A stretch of DNA of 63,962 nucleotides, counting the filler, from Octopus bimaculoides (Eukaryota), in assembly GCF_001194135.2 (NCBI RefSeq). It is 9 parts of 7 records of this genome, joined end to end, with 100 filler letters (N's around TTAATTAATTAA, not from the genome) between each part and the next. Parts side by side here need not be neighbours in the genome. Positions count along the whole stretch, not along the records: positions 1 to 2,379 come from NW_026426402.1; positions 2,480 to 10,547 come from NC_068987.1; positions 10,648 to 19,909 come from NC_068987.1; 6 more parts are not named here. The stretch is one strand, 5' to 3'. Made by a program: the position numbers and the translations under genes. The notes under the pieces were generated by a model. It had not been told where the DNA came from. It did not search any database and saw nothing but the letters and a program-made list of their open reading frames with translations. Below are positions 1-12,939 of the stretch, in pieces; position 1 is the stretch's first letter; every line of letters begins with the position of its first letter.

Positions 1-99
1 TCAATGTTTAGTGGTTAAATTCGTATTAATTTTGTTTTAAAATGTGTTTAGATCAAACCCATACAAGGCACTGCATGTTGTATAGATTCGATAGAAGCT

Positions 100-630
100 C
101 TTCAGTAATGAAAACAGCAAAAAGTATTCGTTCGGTCTTTGGAACTGAGCGTTAAGTATACGGGCATGTCATTGGGTAGGATGGTTTCGCCAGTTTCATT
201 ATCATAAAGAGTTAATGCGGAGAAGTATTGTCGTCAATTGAAAGCATTACACACACATACAAAGACAATTACAGAAAAAGGCGTCCACCATTGATCAGAC
301 GTGAAGGTGTGTTGCTCTTATATGATATTGTAAAGCCACGTAGAGGACAAGTCACTCAGGAAAAGATTATGGTACAAAATATGGAGGTTTTGCTTCATCT
401 TCCTTACTCTTTGACTTTATTCAATCTGACAATCGTTTTTTCTTTTTTTAGATTATTGCAACATTATCTAGAGGGAAAAGAGTTTATTAATTGTAAAGAG
501 GTTAAAAATGATTTTGAATGTTTCTTTGCTCCGAAACTTGGAACTTTTTTTTCCCCTAGGGATCAAGAAGTTGCCAAATAGATGGGATTATGTTATCAAT
601 AATGAGAGGAAATATTATCTTGATTAAATA
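100..630 (+). mobile_element. Degenerate mariner (Tc1/mariner) transposase, C-terminal half
   Basis: Translation gives NAEKYCRQL...RPPLIRREGVLLLYDIVKP (HDNARPH-like), EVLLHLPYS (HPPYSPDLAP-like), FRLLQHYLEGKEF and GIKKLPNRWDYVINN..YYLD*, with frameshifts. Confidence 0.8.
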
Positions 631-759
631 TATCAACTAAGACCAAAGAAGCATTTGTTTGTTTCCCATCTTCAAATGCAACAGGGCTTTCTTTCTAACC
701 TAATATATAAAGCTGTGAATGGAGCCATAAAGGAACGTGCTTACTCTCTTAGATTTAGA

Positions 760-1150
760 ACATGTATTTGAATATCAAAACCTTATCAAACAGAATGGTA
801 AAACACAATATAGAGAGAAATTCGGTAAATAAGCGAAGAGATCTCCCAAACTTTACAGAATTCAATAACAGAACAATACAATAGAAAGAAAAGAAGCAGA
901 GAAAAATATATGCCAGAAGTGTAACATAACAACCAAAATAAAAGCTTCGGATATCAAAGAACGCAAGAAATAGATTTCGTTAAATCGCTAAAAATCCGTA
1001 GCTGTGAAAAGCGACAACGATTCTTTGAACAAAACAAACTGTTCGACTCCAACCCAAAATGATTTTATCAAAATCTTGGAGTCCTGGACAAAATAGAACA
1101 GAAATCGATGCAGAACCAACAACAGAAGTAGAAGAATTCAATGGGAGAGT
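760..1150 (+). mobile_element. R4/Dong-clade non-LTR retrotransposon remnant (pre-RT region)
   Basis: KIRSCEKRQRFFEQNKLFDSNPK*FYQNLG..EPTTEVEEF matches the RxxRY..QxxQNxLF.xN.KxFY motif also seen in the other R4 copies in this window. Confidence 0.65.
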
Positions 1151-1367
1151 AGAATATGTTGGGGAAGAAATTACCGTAAACAAAATTGTTCCTAGCAATA
1201 ATTTTGGAAGAGCATGTTTTAAAAGCCAGGAGTTTTAAATTGAGAAATTAGCATGTAGGTGCACCAAGCCTGATAAACTCCAAAAGATCAGGTGTAAATT
1301 TTTAATTTTAGTTTATTATTTCACGAATTCATGTAAGAAATCTTGCAAACCTGATACAAAAACATTG

Positions 1368-1665
1368 TGAGTGTTTATTGAGCGAAAACACCAAAAGATC
1401 CACGAGGCTCTGGCAGGGGATGGTGGCGAACCCTGCTGTACTCTTTCACCACAACTTTCTCTTACTTCCTGTTTCTGTTGTGCCTGTAGTTCAAAGGGTC
1501 AGCCTTGTCACACTGTATCACGCTGAATCTCCCCGAGAACTACGTTAAGGGTACACGTGTAACTGTGGAGTGCTCAGCCACTTGCACGTTAATTTCACGA
1601 GCAGGCTGTTCCGTTGATCGGATCAACTGGAACCCTAGACGTCGTAAGCGACGGAGTGCCAACAA
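1368..1665 (-). mobile_element. Short non-autonomous dispersed repeat (SINE/retroposon-like, class uncertain)
   Basis: A GC- and CpG-richer ~300-bp block with sharp boundaries in AT-rich DNA and no coding capacity. It resembles an abundant octopus repeat as I recall it; not verified. Confidence 0.45.
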
Positions 1666-1963
1666 TGGTGTTAAAAATAATTACTTCATGTGTTAATCAT
1701 TGGAGGTTGGATTTGATGTTTGTTTAAATTAAGAGAGATTCTTTCCTTCTTTCTAAACACCATTCTCTCCAAGACAACCACGGCCCCGCCAGACTCACTT
1801 ACCACCACCCACCCTATTTCCGATTACGCAAGAAGAGGTTATAGGTACACATACACATATCCATACACACACACACATACGTATGTGTACATGCATATAT
1901 ATATATCAGTGTGTTCATGTGTGTGAGAGGGTGTGTGACTATACATATTTGTGACTACATACA

Positions 1964-1999
<36 letters not shown>

Positions 2000-2188
2000 N
2001 NNNNNNNNNNNNNNNNNNNNNNNNNNNNNNNNNNNNNNNNNNNNNNGAGAGAGAGAGAGAGAGAGAGAGAGGGAGATTATATTACATATAGAAATATATA
2101 TATATACATATATACATACACGCATATGTGCCTCCATACGCTTATACATAAGTGTATACATATACATAATTGCGCTGATTCATGTGTT

Positions 2189-2229
<41 letters not shown>

Positions 2230-2326
2230 TTATGTAATATATATTCTACCCATACATATACCTGTATATGTTTGATGTGTATTTGTGCTATGTAAACGTA
2301 TATATGCATATATATATGCATACATT

Positions 2327-2379
<53 letters not shown>

Positions 2380-2479
2380 NNNNNNNNNNNNNNNNNNNNN
2401 NNNNNNNNNNNNNNNNNNNNNNNTTAATTAATTAANNNNNNNNNNNNNNNNNNNNNNNNNNNNNNNNNNNNNNNNNNNN
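2380..2479. other. Artificial scaffold join: 44 N + TTAATTAATTAA + 44 N (first of eight; spacers at 2424, 10592, 19954, 35264, 42562, 55813, 59542, 62805)
   Basis: The same 12-mer sits centred in a 100-bp N block eight times. TTAATTAATTAA places TAA stops in all six frames. Confidence 0.95.
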
Positions 2480-2522
<43 letters not shown>

Positions 2523-2926
2523 CTTCGGTGAAAAGTAAAAAGAAACAAAAAAATAAACACTAGGCATAAAACTAATGGCTTTTTTAATATGAAAACAACG
2601 AAATATACATACAAATAAATGATTTGAGGTGCAATTATGAAGTATAAAAACGATTATTATGAGTCAATATTGACTCATGTTAATGATTTTTATACTTCTG
2701 AATTCCACCTCCAATCATTTATTTGTTTGTATATATCTTTGTTTTTACTCCGTGTAGTCTTTTTCCTGACAAACTGTTTCTATTACACACACACACACAA
2801 ACACATATAAGTATAGAAGTAAAGGTAAGATCCAAATATTAAAGTGTAGGAAGATAGCAAGCTTTGAGTAGTCCGTAGAAGCTATAAATAGGCGTGAGCG
2901 TGTGTGTTGCGTGTGTGTATGTGTGT

Positions 2927-2968
<42 letters not shown>

Positions 2969-3328
2969 TTTGTCTGTTTGAGTGTGTGTATGTGTGTGTG
3001 TGTGTGTGTTGGCGCGTGCATGTGTCTGCGTGGACCGTTGAACTCTGCACATTTATTTCTCCCTTTTTTTCTTTCATTTCGTGCCCGTTTTTTNNNNNNN
3101 NNNNNNNNNNNNNNNNNNNNNNNNNNNNNNNNNNNNNNNNNNNNNNNNNNNNNNNNNNNNNNNNNNNNNNNNNNNNNNNNNNNNNNNNNNNNNNNNNNNN
3201 NNNNNNNNNNNNNNNNNNNNNNNNNNNNNNNNNNNNNNNNNNNNNNNNNNNNNNNNNNNNNNNNNNNNNNNNNNNNNNNNNNNNNNNNNNNNNNNNNATA
3301 TATATATACAGAGAGAGAGAGAGAGAGC

Positions 3329-3374
<46 letters not shown>

Positions 3375-5437
3375 CATACATACATACATACATACATACA
3401 TACATACATACATACATACATGGCTGTGAGTAGAGGGTGGTGTATGTAGGCTTTTATATAGATTGAAGTTATGATTAGCTATTTTATCTAAGACATGACT
3501 TGTTTGTATTCTCCTGTGCGCTCTGGCTGGCTGAATCTCTGCTTATCACACTTTCTGTTTTTTTTATCTTTCGCTAGTAGTCGATTGCCGTGGCCGGTCG
3601 TCTGCCTGTGAACGTTATGTTATCATCAACCCTTATTGATGATTTATTTTTGTCCAATAGCAGTCCAGCTACCTGATTGTTTGATTATTTTTAGATGCCA
3701 TTTGTCCCAACAACTTCATTTTCTCTGGCAATAGCCCAAACTTCCGATTGTCTGCAATAACATGTTCGAGATAATGGTACTCAAGCGATGTTTGTAAATG
3801 CGTGTATTGATATATATTAGTATATTGTGAAAAATATAGTGAATTTACATAATCTCATTATCTATATTAATATATATTATCTATATAAATATACATAATG
3901 ACATTATATAAATCAGCACGTGGATAATTACTTAATGACTTAATTGCTATGAAACGAAAGAATTATTTGCATTCCTGATATAGTTAACTTGGCTGATATT
4001 CCTCTATACGTGGGTATCCGTACGGCTATTCATTTATGTATGCCTGTACGAATATTTTTTATATCAAAATGAACATTTCAGGAAAGATAATACTTCATGT
4101 CCTATACGTAATTCTGTTGTAAGTGTAGAGAAGTGTGAATGACTATCGCAGTAATATAGTATTATGGTAGACGGAAAACGGAAGTTGATCTTGTCATAAA
4201 TACATCTTATCATTAGGTCCTTCTTATCGATAAATTCTCCGACAGGGAAAGCTTTCTTCATTCTTCAAAGATTCGTTTTCTAATTAATGTAAGTACTAAT
4301 AACTCTTGCTAAAGTAGGCACTAATTACATTAGAGAATATTAATGAATATTTTAGAAACATATATGTGTGTATGTGTGTGTATGTGTGTATGTATATATG
4401 TATGTGTGTATGTATATATGTCTGTGTGTATGTATATATGTATGTGTGTATGTATATATGTATGTGTGTATGTATGTAGAACATGATACGTAATATGATA
4501 GATTAATTATGCACATATTCGGCATTGGATTGAAAAATGTATAGTCTCATCGGTATTCATTTGCGTTTTTGAACGTGTATTAATTAAGAAATTGATTCTA
4601 CAAACTTTGTGCATACTTTGATAATGTTATATAATTAGTAAGAACATGAATGTATATGAATATTATTCGGTAATTAAGATTTTAAAAAATTCTATCTAAT
4701 TTCATTTAAATATATTGACTGCAATTCAGGGAACTTTACTACATGGTTAAACACATATTCGAAGACCTTGTATGAGTTAAAATGTTTAGATATTAATAAA
4801 CTAAATTTTCAGTCATGGAGTTTTTTAACTTACTATAATATATTTCGAACAGAGTCTACTTGCTCAAATGCCTGTTAATTTACATCATTCACCGATTAGT
4901 CATCCGTTTCTGTAATTCCTCAATATTTGCCACACCATTCTATTGAACACCTAACATCGAAGTGAGTTAAAAAAAAAAAGCAGTTGAACAAGGGTTTATT
5001 TTATTATTTGTGGTTGATTGTTGGTGTTTTACTCATTACTGAAACTTGAAATGACTATTCACGGAAGGGATACAGACACAAGTGCACACGCACAAACGTA
5101 CAAACACATTAGACATAGAGACTAATATAACAAGTCTCACACATAAACATTCTTATACAAATGCATATACAGACGCGTGTGTGTGTGTGTGTGTGCGTGT
5201 GTGTGCGTCGGTATGCATGTTCGTGCATAAATATGGGTATAACATTTATCTTTCAATTGTTTCAGTTCTCCGACTTCAACCAATTCGGCATCTAGAAGGT
5301 TTTAATCCAATAAATGCACCCCATATTAATTTGAAGCGTGGTACTTATTCTATCGGTTTCCTTTGACGAACTGCTAGATTGGACATCGTAAAGAAGTCCA
5401 AGATGGAGGGGAACAAGCGAAAACACACATACACGCA

Positions 5438-5490
<53 letters not shown>

Positions 5491-5711
5491 CCAGCTGGCT
5501 TATCGACACACACAGTAGTGGCAATATACTACACTTTATCGTGCAGTTACTGTTAATACTTCATTTAGAGAATTAACATTGCTTATATATATATATATAT
5601 ATATATAATACATCTCTGAACGAGGTATAAACAGTAGTTGCACGAAATCGTGAAGTATATTTGCCACTTAAATGTAGCTGACCCTTAAGGGTGAATGCTA
5701 CTGTAGCTTGT

Positions 5712-6045
5712 AGCACGTGAAGACACTCTTCGGTCATGACTGACCACGGGATTGCACCAGAAATTTACCCTCCGAAGTACAAGTTCGGCCAGGCCTGCTA
5801 ATGGAAGACCAGCAGACACCCATGGTTACCGGCCCCCTCCTCCGCCCAACGCCACCGATGTTATCCAAAGGAAATCCAAAGGCCAATACTATTTGGCACC
5901 AGTGATGTTGCAACTCATTTCTACAGCTGAGTAAACAAGAGCAACATGAAATAAAGTGTCTTGTTCAAGAACACAACACTCATTCAGGTCCTGGAATCGA
6001 ACTCACTAACTCGTTATTGTGAGCCCAATACTTTAACCACTGATT
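5712..6045 (-). mobile_element. tRNA-derived SINE (family C)
   Basis: Minus strand has A-box-like TCAGTGGTTAAAG and B-box GAGTTCGATTCC, followed by TGTTGTGTTCTTGAACAAGACACTT. A related head occurs at ~36640-36770 (+). Confidence 0.65.
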
Positions 6046-6051
6046 AATGTG

Positions 6052-6510
6052 ATCGTAGCTGTGCGGTAAGAAGCTTGCTTCCAAACTTCATTGTTCCAAC
6101 TTCAGTCCCACTGCGCGGCACCTTGGGAAATTGTCTTCTACCATATCCTATGGCCGACCAGAGTTCTCTAAGTTGATTTGGTAGGACACTGAAAGAAACC
6201 CGTCGTATATATGTATCTATACGTGTGTGTATGAGTGTATGTATGTATGTATGTATGTACGTAAGTATGTATGTTTGTAAATTTATATTTGTGTGTCTTT
6301 GTGCTTTTGTTTGTCGCCCATTACTGCTTGACAACCAATGATGGTGCGTTTACTTCGCCATGACTAAGTGGTTCTGCGAAAGATACACATATAATAAGTA
6401 CTAGTTTTGTTAGAAAAAATATTCCGGTGTCGAATTATGCGACTAAAAGCCTTCAAGGCGATGCCCCAACATGGCCGCAGTCAAATGACTGAAACAAGTA
6501 GCAGAAAAAA
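6052..6510 (+). mobile_element. tRNA-derived SINE family A, full length, with internal microsatellite
   Basis: Head (GCTGTGCGGTAAGAAGCTTGCTT...CTTCAGTCCC), body (GGCACCTTGGG...CTGAAAGAAACCCGTCGTATAT), internal (TA/TG/TATG)n, tail (CATGGCCGCAGTCAAATGACTGAAACAAGT). Same layout as the copies at 15812 and 63263. Confidence 0.8.
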
Positions 6511-7219
6511 AAAAGCATCAAAGAATCTACATCACAGCAAGAAATTCCAGGGAATGCAGCACTAACCCTTTCCTTCACCAAAAGCAAATGAGAAAAGAAT
6601 GGCATCGGCCAATTATGATAGAAAAAATTGAGTATGATTTTGCTTCATTAAAACTGTGGGTCATACGAACACATACAGTGTTTTGTTTCGCCTGGAGACA
6701 ATTCTGGAGACTATATGAGTAGAAGTCATGGAATAGGAATTCAAAAAGCAATTTCGATTTTTCCTACTAATTCTTTTCCATTTCTCAACCTTGTTTGATA
6801 AAATTATTTCATTAGAACAAGAATATCTCAGCTGTTTAAATGCAGAGATAACTAGAAAACAAAACTCTGTTTAGACCAGGCAGAAAAACAGATATGCATA
6901 GCAGCAAAACAGAAAAAAGAAGACATATATTAGAGAATGATATATAGATGTAATTCAAATACTACTTCAATTTATATCAAAATAATTATATATTCAATAT
7001 TCTCTGAAATAACCGTCTATGTCTACATACTTAGTCACGTACTTTTGTCGGTATTTATCTCTGTAATGATCTAGAGTGATAGATTCCTAGACAGACATAC
7101 ACACATGTACAAAAACATGTGTCTATCAATGATCACACTTCTTAAATACACATGTCTGTCTCTCTGTCCGACTCTCTCATTATGTCTCTCTCTATCTCTT
7201 CCTCACTCTCTCAGTATCT

Positions 7220-7224
7220 TCATT

Positions 7225-7257
<33 letters not shown>

Positions 7258-7460
7258 GTCGTCGTCATCATCGTCGTCGTCGTCATCATTATCATCATCA
7301 TCACCATCATCATCATCGGCAGCAGCAGCAGCAGCATCTTTATCATCATTTGTCAAACTTCCAGGCTGGTATGGGTAACTCAATGCTACATGAATTGGCA
7401 AACTATGGGACTGCATCAGGTGCCACTTTCTCTTTTGGCATGACTTTTCTAGCAGGTTGA
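7220..7460 (-). mobile_element. RTE-type retroposon 3' end with expanded (GAT)n tail
   Basis: Minus strand ...CCCATACCAGCCTGGAAGTTTGACAAATGATGAT... resembles the RTE 3' end at 17740-17795. The (ATC)n array at 7220-7350 is its tail. Confidence 0.5.
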
Positions 7461-7565
7461 CCTTCCAAACACCTGCACATACACATTCAAGCAAACATAT
7501 AAACACGCATACATACATATTACATGCACGCACACACACACGCACACACACACACATACACACAG

Positions 7566-7596
<31 letters not shown>

Positions 7597-7619
7597 CACA
7601 CACATTTATNNNNNNNNNN

Positions 7620-7649
<30 letters not shown>

Positions 7650-7653
<4 letters not shown>

Positions 7654-8604
7654 GAATGCTGTGCCTAGCCAAAAACTGCTGCACAAGGTACGTTCTTATT
7701 GTGCAATTGCCACTCGCCGGATGCCTGCAATTGTGGCCTTTTCTGACGAATAGCATCCTGCAAATGCCACAAAACGCCACAGTAGTACTCCTTGCTTATT
7801 GTCTGATCAGGTAGCACATACTCGTGATGGACAATCATCATGTAGCCGAAGGAAACGGTTAACAGTGTCTTTATAGTACTTCAACTTTCGTGCTTTCTTC
7901 TGAGCCTTTGTTTCGTGGTCATTCCCATAAACCATTATGACAGTTTTCAAAAAGTTTTCTTCGTTTCGACATAATCAAGGATATTTTGTACAACTGAAAC
8001 CCTAGTGTGTTTTTGGTCAACTGAAATCAGTTTTGGCACAAACTTGGCAGACAGCAGACACGTGTCTCATGCCCAAATCTTCTGTGAGGATGGACTGAAT
8101 CGTACCTAACGTGCACGTCCTCAGACAACTCAGGATAGTGATTCGTGGATTTCCCCTCACAGCTACGCGCATATCTGCGATGTTTTTCTCAGTTTTGCTG
8201 GTTGCAGGACTTCCAGAACATTCGTCACTATCGATAATTTTCAGCCATCTTAGAAATGTCTGAACCACCCGTACACGTGTGTGCAGTTCATGCACACCTC
8301 CCTAAACCCTAGCCTCGGAGCAGGTATCACCAAGCTTTTTGAAGAATTTGTTGCAAATTCTCTGTTCAACTTTCTCTGTCGGGGTCATTGCGACGACCAC
8401 ACACTACACACCTTCCTTCCAAGCACTGTGAACTGGATCACGCGCTGCACACCTTTCTTTCAAGAGGATGTGAGCTAGAACGTGAAAACGTAATGCACAT
8501 GTACAGAAGAGTTCGAAGTCCGTTTGTGCCGAGCGGCTTCAAACTGCGTGTTTTAGCTTTGTTACTATGGCAACAGTCCGGATTCTTATTGATCAGATCA
8601 CGTA
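7650..8604 (-). mobile_element. Mariner transposon, 5' TIR plus degenerate transposase, cut off by (TA)n and a gap
   Basis: 5' TIR-like TACGTGATCTGATCAATAAGAATCCGGACTG starts at 8604. Protein segments: EQRICNKFFKKLG, SGSPATSKTEKNI, SILTEDLGMRHVSA, VYGNDHETKAQ, IVHHEYV..QTISKEYY, DAIRQKRP, VQQFLARHSIP. Confidence 0.85.
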
Positions 8605-8879
8605 TATTGTTTTGCTAATGATATTTTTACCGAATCCCCATGTACATAAGTACTAACAATTATTCATCAGAAACATTTTTTATTGATATAATTCAGTCTC
8701 GTACGTGAAACTGAAATCACTGTGTTGCCTGCAGCATCTCATCTGCTCATGTCCACCGCTAAGGAAACAATTTTGCGAATAGAGTTATTTTTGTTTCTGG
8801 TAAAGAAAGGTGTTGTCTAGGAAGAATTACGCAAATATTATTAATTATTAATTATTATATAATACACATAATTGTTTGT

Positions 8880-9360
8880 TTATGTTTCAAGCGCTCCTCA
8901 AAATGACATTGCGTGGATGTATTGCGGGCGGAATTAATGTATTTTCTCTCAGTTTTTCCACTAATGATTTTATAGTTTATTCTCTTTTGCAGTATGATGG
9001 TTTGCAGTTCTCTTGTTTCTTAGCCATTTTTTTACTCATTTTTTTACTCATTTTTCGATACGCTACGGTTACACCTGTTTCGCGAAGTGATGCAGCTGTT
9101 TAGATAGTCGTTTGTTTATAGCCTGTATTCCATGTTCCCTGCAGCTTCCGTAACAGTTACCCACCTTGGTTTTGTTTCAGTTGAATACGTAAGGTACCTA
9201 TAGTCTGTTGAACGCTTTCAAGACTTGTGATAGAATACCTTTGCTATGTCTCTTATAATAGTTATGCTGAAAAGCGGGATTCAACAAGATGGCGTGCTTA
9301 TTCTATTTGATGGTAAGTTGATTCCATGGATCTGTGTACCAGTTGAATATTTTCTATTTC
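8880..9360 (-). mobile_element. Highly decayed R4/Dong-like LINE fragment (post-RT region)
   Basis: Broken-frame segments (LSKTAASLRETG, ELQTIILQK...SLVEKLRENT) resemble the R4 region upstream of the zinc knuckle. Confidence 0.35.
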
Positions 9361-9748
9361 ATTTTAGTCATTCATAAATAATGGCACTTGGTGTTAATTT
9401 GTTTTGCTGGAAGATTTTCTTGTTTATATTCCTGATGAAACACTTTTTTTTCATTATTCAAAGTTATAAAGATAAATTGCATAATAACAATCAGCGCCAA
9501 CACGTCGGAAATAGTTTTGGGACAAAACACAACATAATTACGGAACAAATAATCTTGCTAGACAGAAAGATAAGATGGTTCCCCGTTACCAACATTATAA
9601 TAAATTCAATTTCAGACTGACACAAATGCAAACAAAATAAATATCTTCCAGCATAATCGTAGTATCGATGATAGTGAAGGCACGGTAATGCTGACCTCAG
9701 CAGAATAATAATGATTTAAGAACAGGAGAAAAATAATGATAAATCACG

Positions 9749-9787
<39 letters not shown>

Positions 9788-10369
9788 TGTATACAATAAG
9801 AGACAAAAATATTCTGTAACTGAATCATGAAAGTTGACGACACCAGACTAATTACTTAGGAAATTTATAATACAAACTTAAATAGAATAACAACTCATTG
9901 TATCTGTATAATAAGGAAATCGACTGAAACAACAGACAAATTGACTGTGAGATGTGACGACTCGATAGATATCAAAATGACTGCTTTTTTTTTTCTTCCG
10001 TCATTAGTGAAGACTAATAAACATATTAATGTAATTGCTCGCTTGATCCAAGAGAAGATTACTCTTCACTGCTGAAATTAATTGTTTATGGAGAATCCAT
10101 ATCCGACCTATGTATGACGCTCTCTGTTGTTATTAACAAGTAACATTTCTGCACAACACAGAGATTATATAACAGTCTCTGCTTCCGAATGTCGGAAACG
10201 CGTTTCCTTTAAATTTACTTTTATTTCGATATCGTTGATTTCGCTACTCCTCCATTCATGTAGATATTTGGCTCCAAATCAACAGCGATCAAGTAAAGTT
10301 ATAATGAACTAAAAGTACAAGTCACCAAACAACGCATTTCGGGCAATACTCTATATAGTCATTATATAC

Positions 10370-10530
10370 GTACGTGTGGATGTTTGGTAAGAAGCTTATT
10401 TCCAAACCACATGGTTCCGAGTACAGTCCCACTACCTGTTGGCGACTATCTTGTACTATAGCCTCGGGCCGACCAAAGATTAAGTGATTCGATTTGGTAG
10501 ACAGAAACTGAAAGAAGTCCGTCGTATGTA
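10370..10530 (+). mobile_element. SINE family A 5' half running into (TA)n and an assembly gap
   Basis: GGTAAGAAGCTT...CCACATGGTTCC...ACTATAGCCTCGGGCCGACCAAAG...CTGAAAGAAGTCCGTCGTATG. Confidence 0.75.
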
Positions 10531-10648
10531 TGTATATATATATATATNNNNNNNNNNNNNNNNNNNNNNNNNNNNNNNNNNNNNNNNNNNNTTAATTAAT
10601 TAANNNNNNNNNNNNNNNNNNNNNNNNNNNNNNNNNNNNNNNNNNNNT

Positions 10649-10712
10649 CTAGACGGCGTTTTTAGATTTCATTATTTTATTTAACCCGGGCAAAGCCGGG
10701 TATTTCTGCTAG
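10649..10712 (+). mobile_element. Helitron 3' terminus
   Basis: GC hairpin ACCCGGGCAAAGCCGGGT (10684-10701), then 7 nt, then CTAG (10709-10712) followed by T. This is the canonical Helitron 3' end. Confidence 0.75.
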
Positions 10713-11160
10713 TTTACAATAAAGAGCTCAAAGTGATAGGCCTGTGTATCAATGTGTTTTATTAAAAGCAATGACTCTAACAAAAACAAAATGGATTTTG
10801 TTTAGTACATATTATATTCAAAATATATTCCTTTATCAAATTAATTGTGTTGAGGCAAACATCTTGCCAAGTCAAGTTGCCAAATCAAGTCAAAATTCAT
10901 CAAATAAAAACCAGTTTATTGTAAAATCTAATTTTGAAACAGAATACTTTTGATAATCAAACTAAATATCTGTCTGTCTCTCTGACTGTTTTAACTATCT
11001 GTCTTTCTCTTTCTCTGGCATTCCTTCCTGAAGAAATGAATGGCGTAATTGTCCAGGTCATGATACACAATATAACAGACCTAATGAAAACTTTGCATGA
11101 CTCAGTATTCTTCAGTTGGTGTTTATCTGATTATGTTTATGTGTTTTTACTGTGTTACAG

Positions 11161-11259
11161 GTGTTGAGAAACTTGCTAAGCAATATGAGATTGGTGAACC
11201 AACCATGTCATTGATCGTCACAGGACTTACACAAGCAATTAACTATGACATCAGAGAAG
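11161..11259 (+). CDS. SRBD1: S1 RNA-binding domain-containing protein 1, penultimate exon
   Basis: Acceptor TGTGTTACAG| and donor AAG|GTAATG. The 99-nt phase-1/phase-1 exon encodes VEKLAKQYEIGEPTMSLIVTGLTQAINYDIRE, like the SRBD1/Tex motif G.PTL..I..GL.QP..FD.R, and splices in frame to 14380. Confidence 0.88.
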
Positions 11260-11789
11260 GTAATGTTTAATGTTAAATTACTTGTTCTGAATCATCGCCC
11301 ACTTCCTCATCTCTCTCTCTCTCTCTCTCACCTCTATGCTTCTTAACTAATTGCTTACCCTGTCTCATCCTGTATATCCAGTATATCTATGTCTCTACCC
11401 AACATTTTATAAACTTAACATTGAATTAGAGTGCTAGATTAAATGCCTCACAATATACCACACGGTTCACTGTGTTCTGAGTTCAAATCCCATCATGGCC
11501 TACTTGGATGGTAGATTTAATCCATCACCCATTCTAACACCACCATATGGTACCTTCAGCAGAGTCCACTCTGTTGCAAGCATTCAGGTCAGACCTCTAG
11601 TTTAAGTTCACCTTTCTTCCTCTCTCTCCTATCAGTCTCAAAGGCATTACCTTTCTTCCTAACTAAAATATGAGAACAAAAAATGTCTTGCACGGTATTT
11701 ATTCCAAATCTCTGCTGTCCAACTTCAAATCTCACCGAGGTTAACTTTTGCTTTTGGTTTTTTTTTTTGTGAGGTTAATGAATACACTC

Positions 11790-11975
11790 TTTCCTATTCT
11801 AGGCACAAGGCCCAAAACTTTTGGTGAAGGGGCCAGTCGATTAGATCAACCCCAGTATGCAACTGGTACTTAATTTATCGACCCTGAAAGGATGAAAGGC
11901 AAAGTCAACCTCGGCAGAATTTGAACTCAGAATGTAAAGACAAAATACCGCTAAGCATACTAACATTTCTGCCAC
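11790..11975 (-). mobile_element. CORE-like tRNA SINE family B, CpG-decayed, intronic
   Basis: Aligns with the copies at 37467 and 39770 (ATCGACCCCGAAAGGATGAAAGGCAAAGTCGACCTCGGCGGAATTTGAACTCAGAACGT) but with several CG changed to TG or CA. Confidence 0.8.
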
Positions 11976-12489
11976 CTTGGTTGATAAATAGAATAATTGT
12001 TCAATGACAGGGGATTGGCAGAATTACTAACATGCCAGATGGGATACCTTGCATTACCTGTTCTGGCTTTGTATATCCCGAGTTCAAATCCTGTCTTCTG
12101 TCACTAGGAAAAAAAAAAGATGGGGATGGATGACACTTCTGTTAAGAGTTGTGACTAACAGATAGTATTTTCATCATCATTTTAACATCCATGGAATTTC
12201 TTGAGATGGATTTTCTATGGCTGGATGCTCTTCCTGTTGCCAACTCTCATTTCCAAGCTAGGTAATATTCCCCATTACCAGATATGTTTTCATGGAAGAT
12301 TAGCAACAAAGGATATCACTTGCATGGCAGTAACATTCATTTGCAACTATTGTGCAATGTCAAGGCAATGAGATGGTAAAACACACACACACACACACAC
12401 ACACACATTTATTGGGTCATCCCATAAATAATGTGGTTTTTTCAATTGCATGAACTAAAAGTCAGAGGGGAACGGGATAAACTACTTGC

Positions 12490-12680
12490 AGGCTGCAGGC
12501 TGGAAGAGGCTCCTTGGCAAGCCCTGTAGATGGCTGGACATGATTAAGGAAGATTTCCAGAGGTTCAACTTCATTTTGGAGGATGCAGGAAGGCTAGCAC
12601 AGAACTTCCAGTGATAGAGGTCACTGGTGAACCTGATCGGCTCTATGCATGATGATGCCTCTGTGACCATTAGCCTGGGA
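12490..12680 (+). mobile_element. RTE-clade LINE C-terminal remnant
   Basis: GWKRLLGKPCRWLDMIKEDFQRFNFILEDAGRLAQN resembles the RTE GWKRPRGRP..RW.D.I..DL...L.....A.DR..WR motif. Confidence 0.55.
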
Positions 12681-12939
12681 TGACCCCTGCCCCATTGAGC
12701 AAGAGCATGAGTGAGTGTGCCTATGTTAGGAATCTTCATTATTTGATTCAAACACAAAAATAGAGTGGCAAAAATAGTAGACCAGTAAACTAAATACTTT
12801 GCATTGTTCCCTAAATTCTGAGTTAGAATCTTCAAAATAAGGTTGAAACTTTTCTCGTTTTTTCTGGGACCAATAAATAAACACAACAGCCAAGTTACTC
12901 TCCTTGAAATCTGTAACTTGTGCTTTGTTGTTGTTGCGA

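Noticed and set aside
2424-2435. TTAATTAATTAA as a homeodomain site or biological repeat
   Set aside because: It is always centred between exactly 44 N on each side, so it is an assembly linker.
4840-4960. Possible Tc1 C-terminal remnant (minus strand)
   Set aside because: The similarity (NIEELQKRM) is too short and broken to support a call.
9432-9445. Other CTGATGA/CTGACGA/CTGAAGA heptamers (e.g. ~7743, ~9432, ~11027, ~23358)
   Set aside because: No stem II followed by GAAA; several lie in TE coding sequence.
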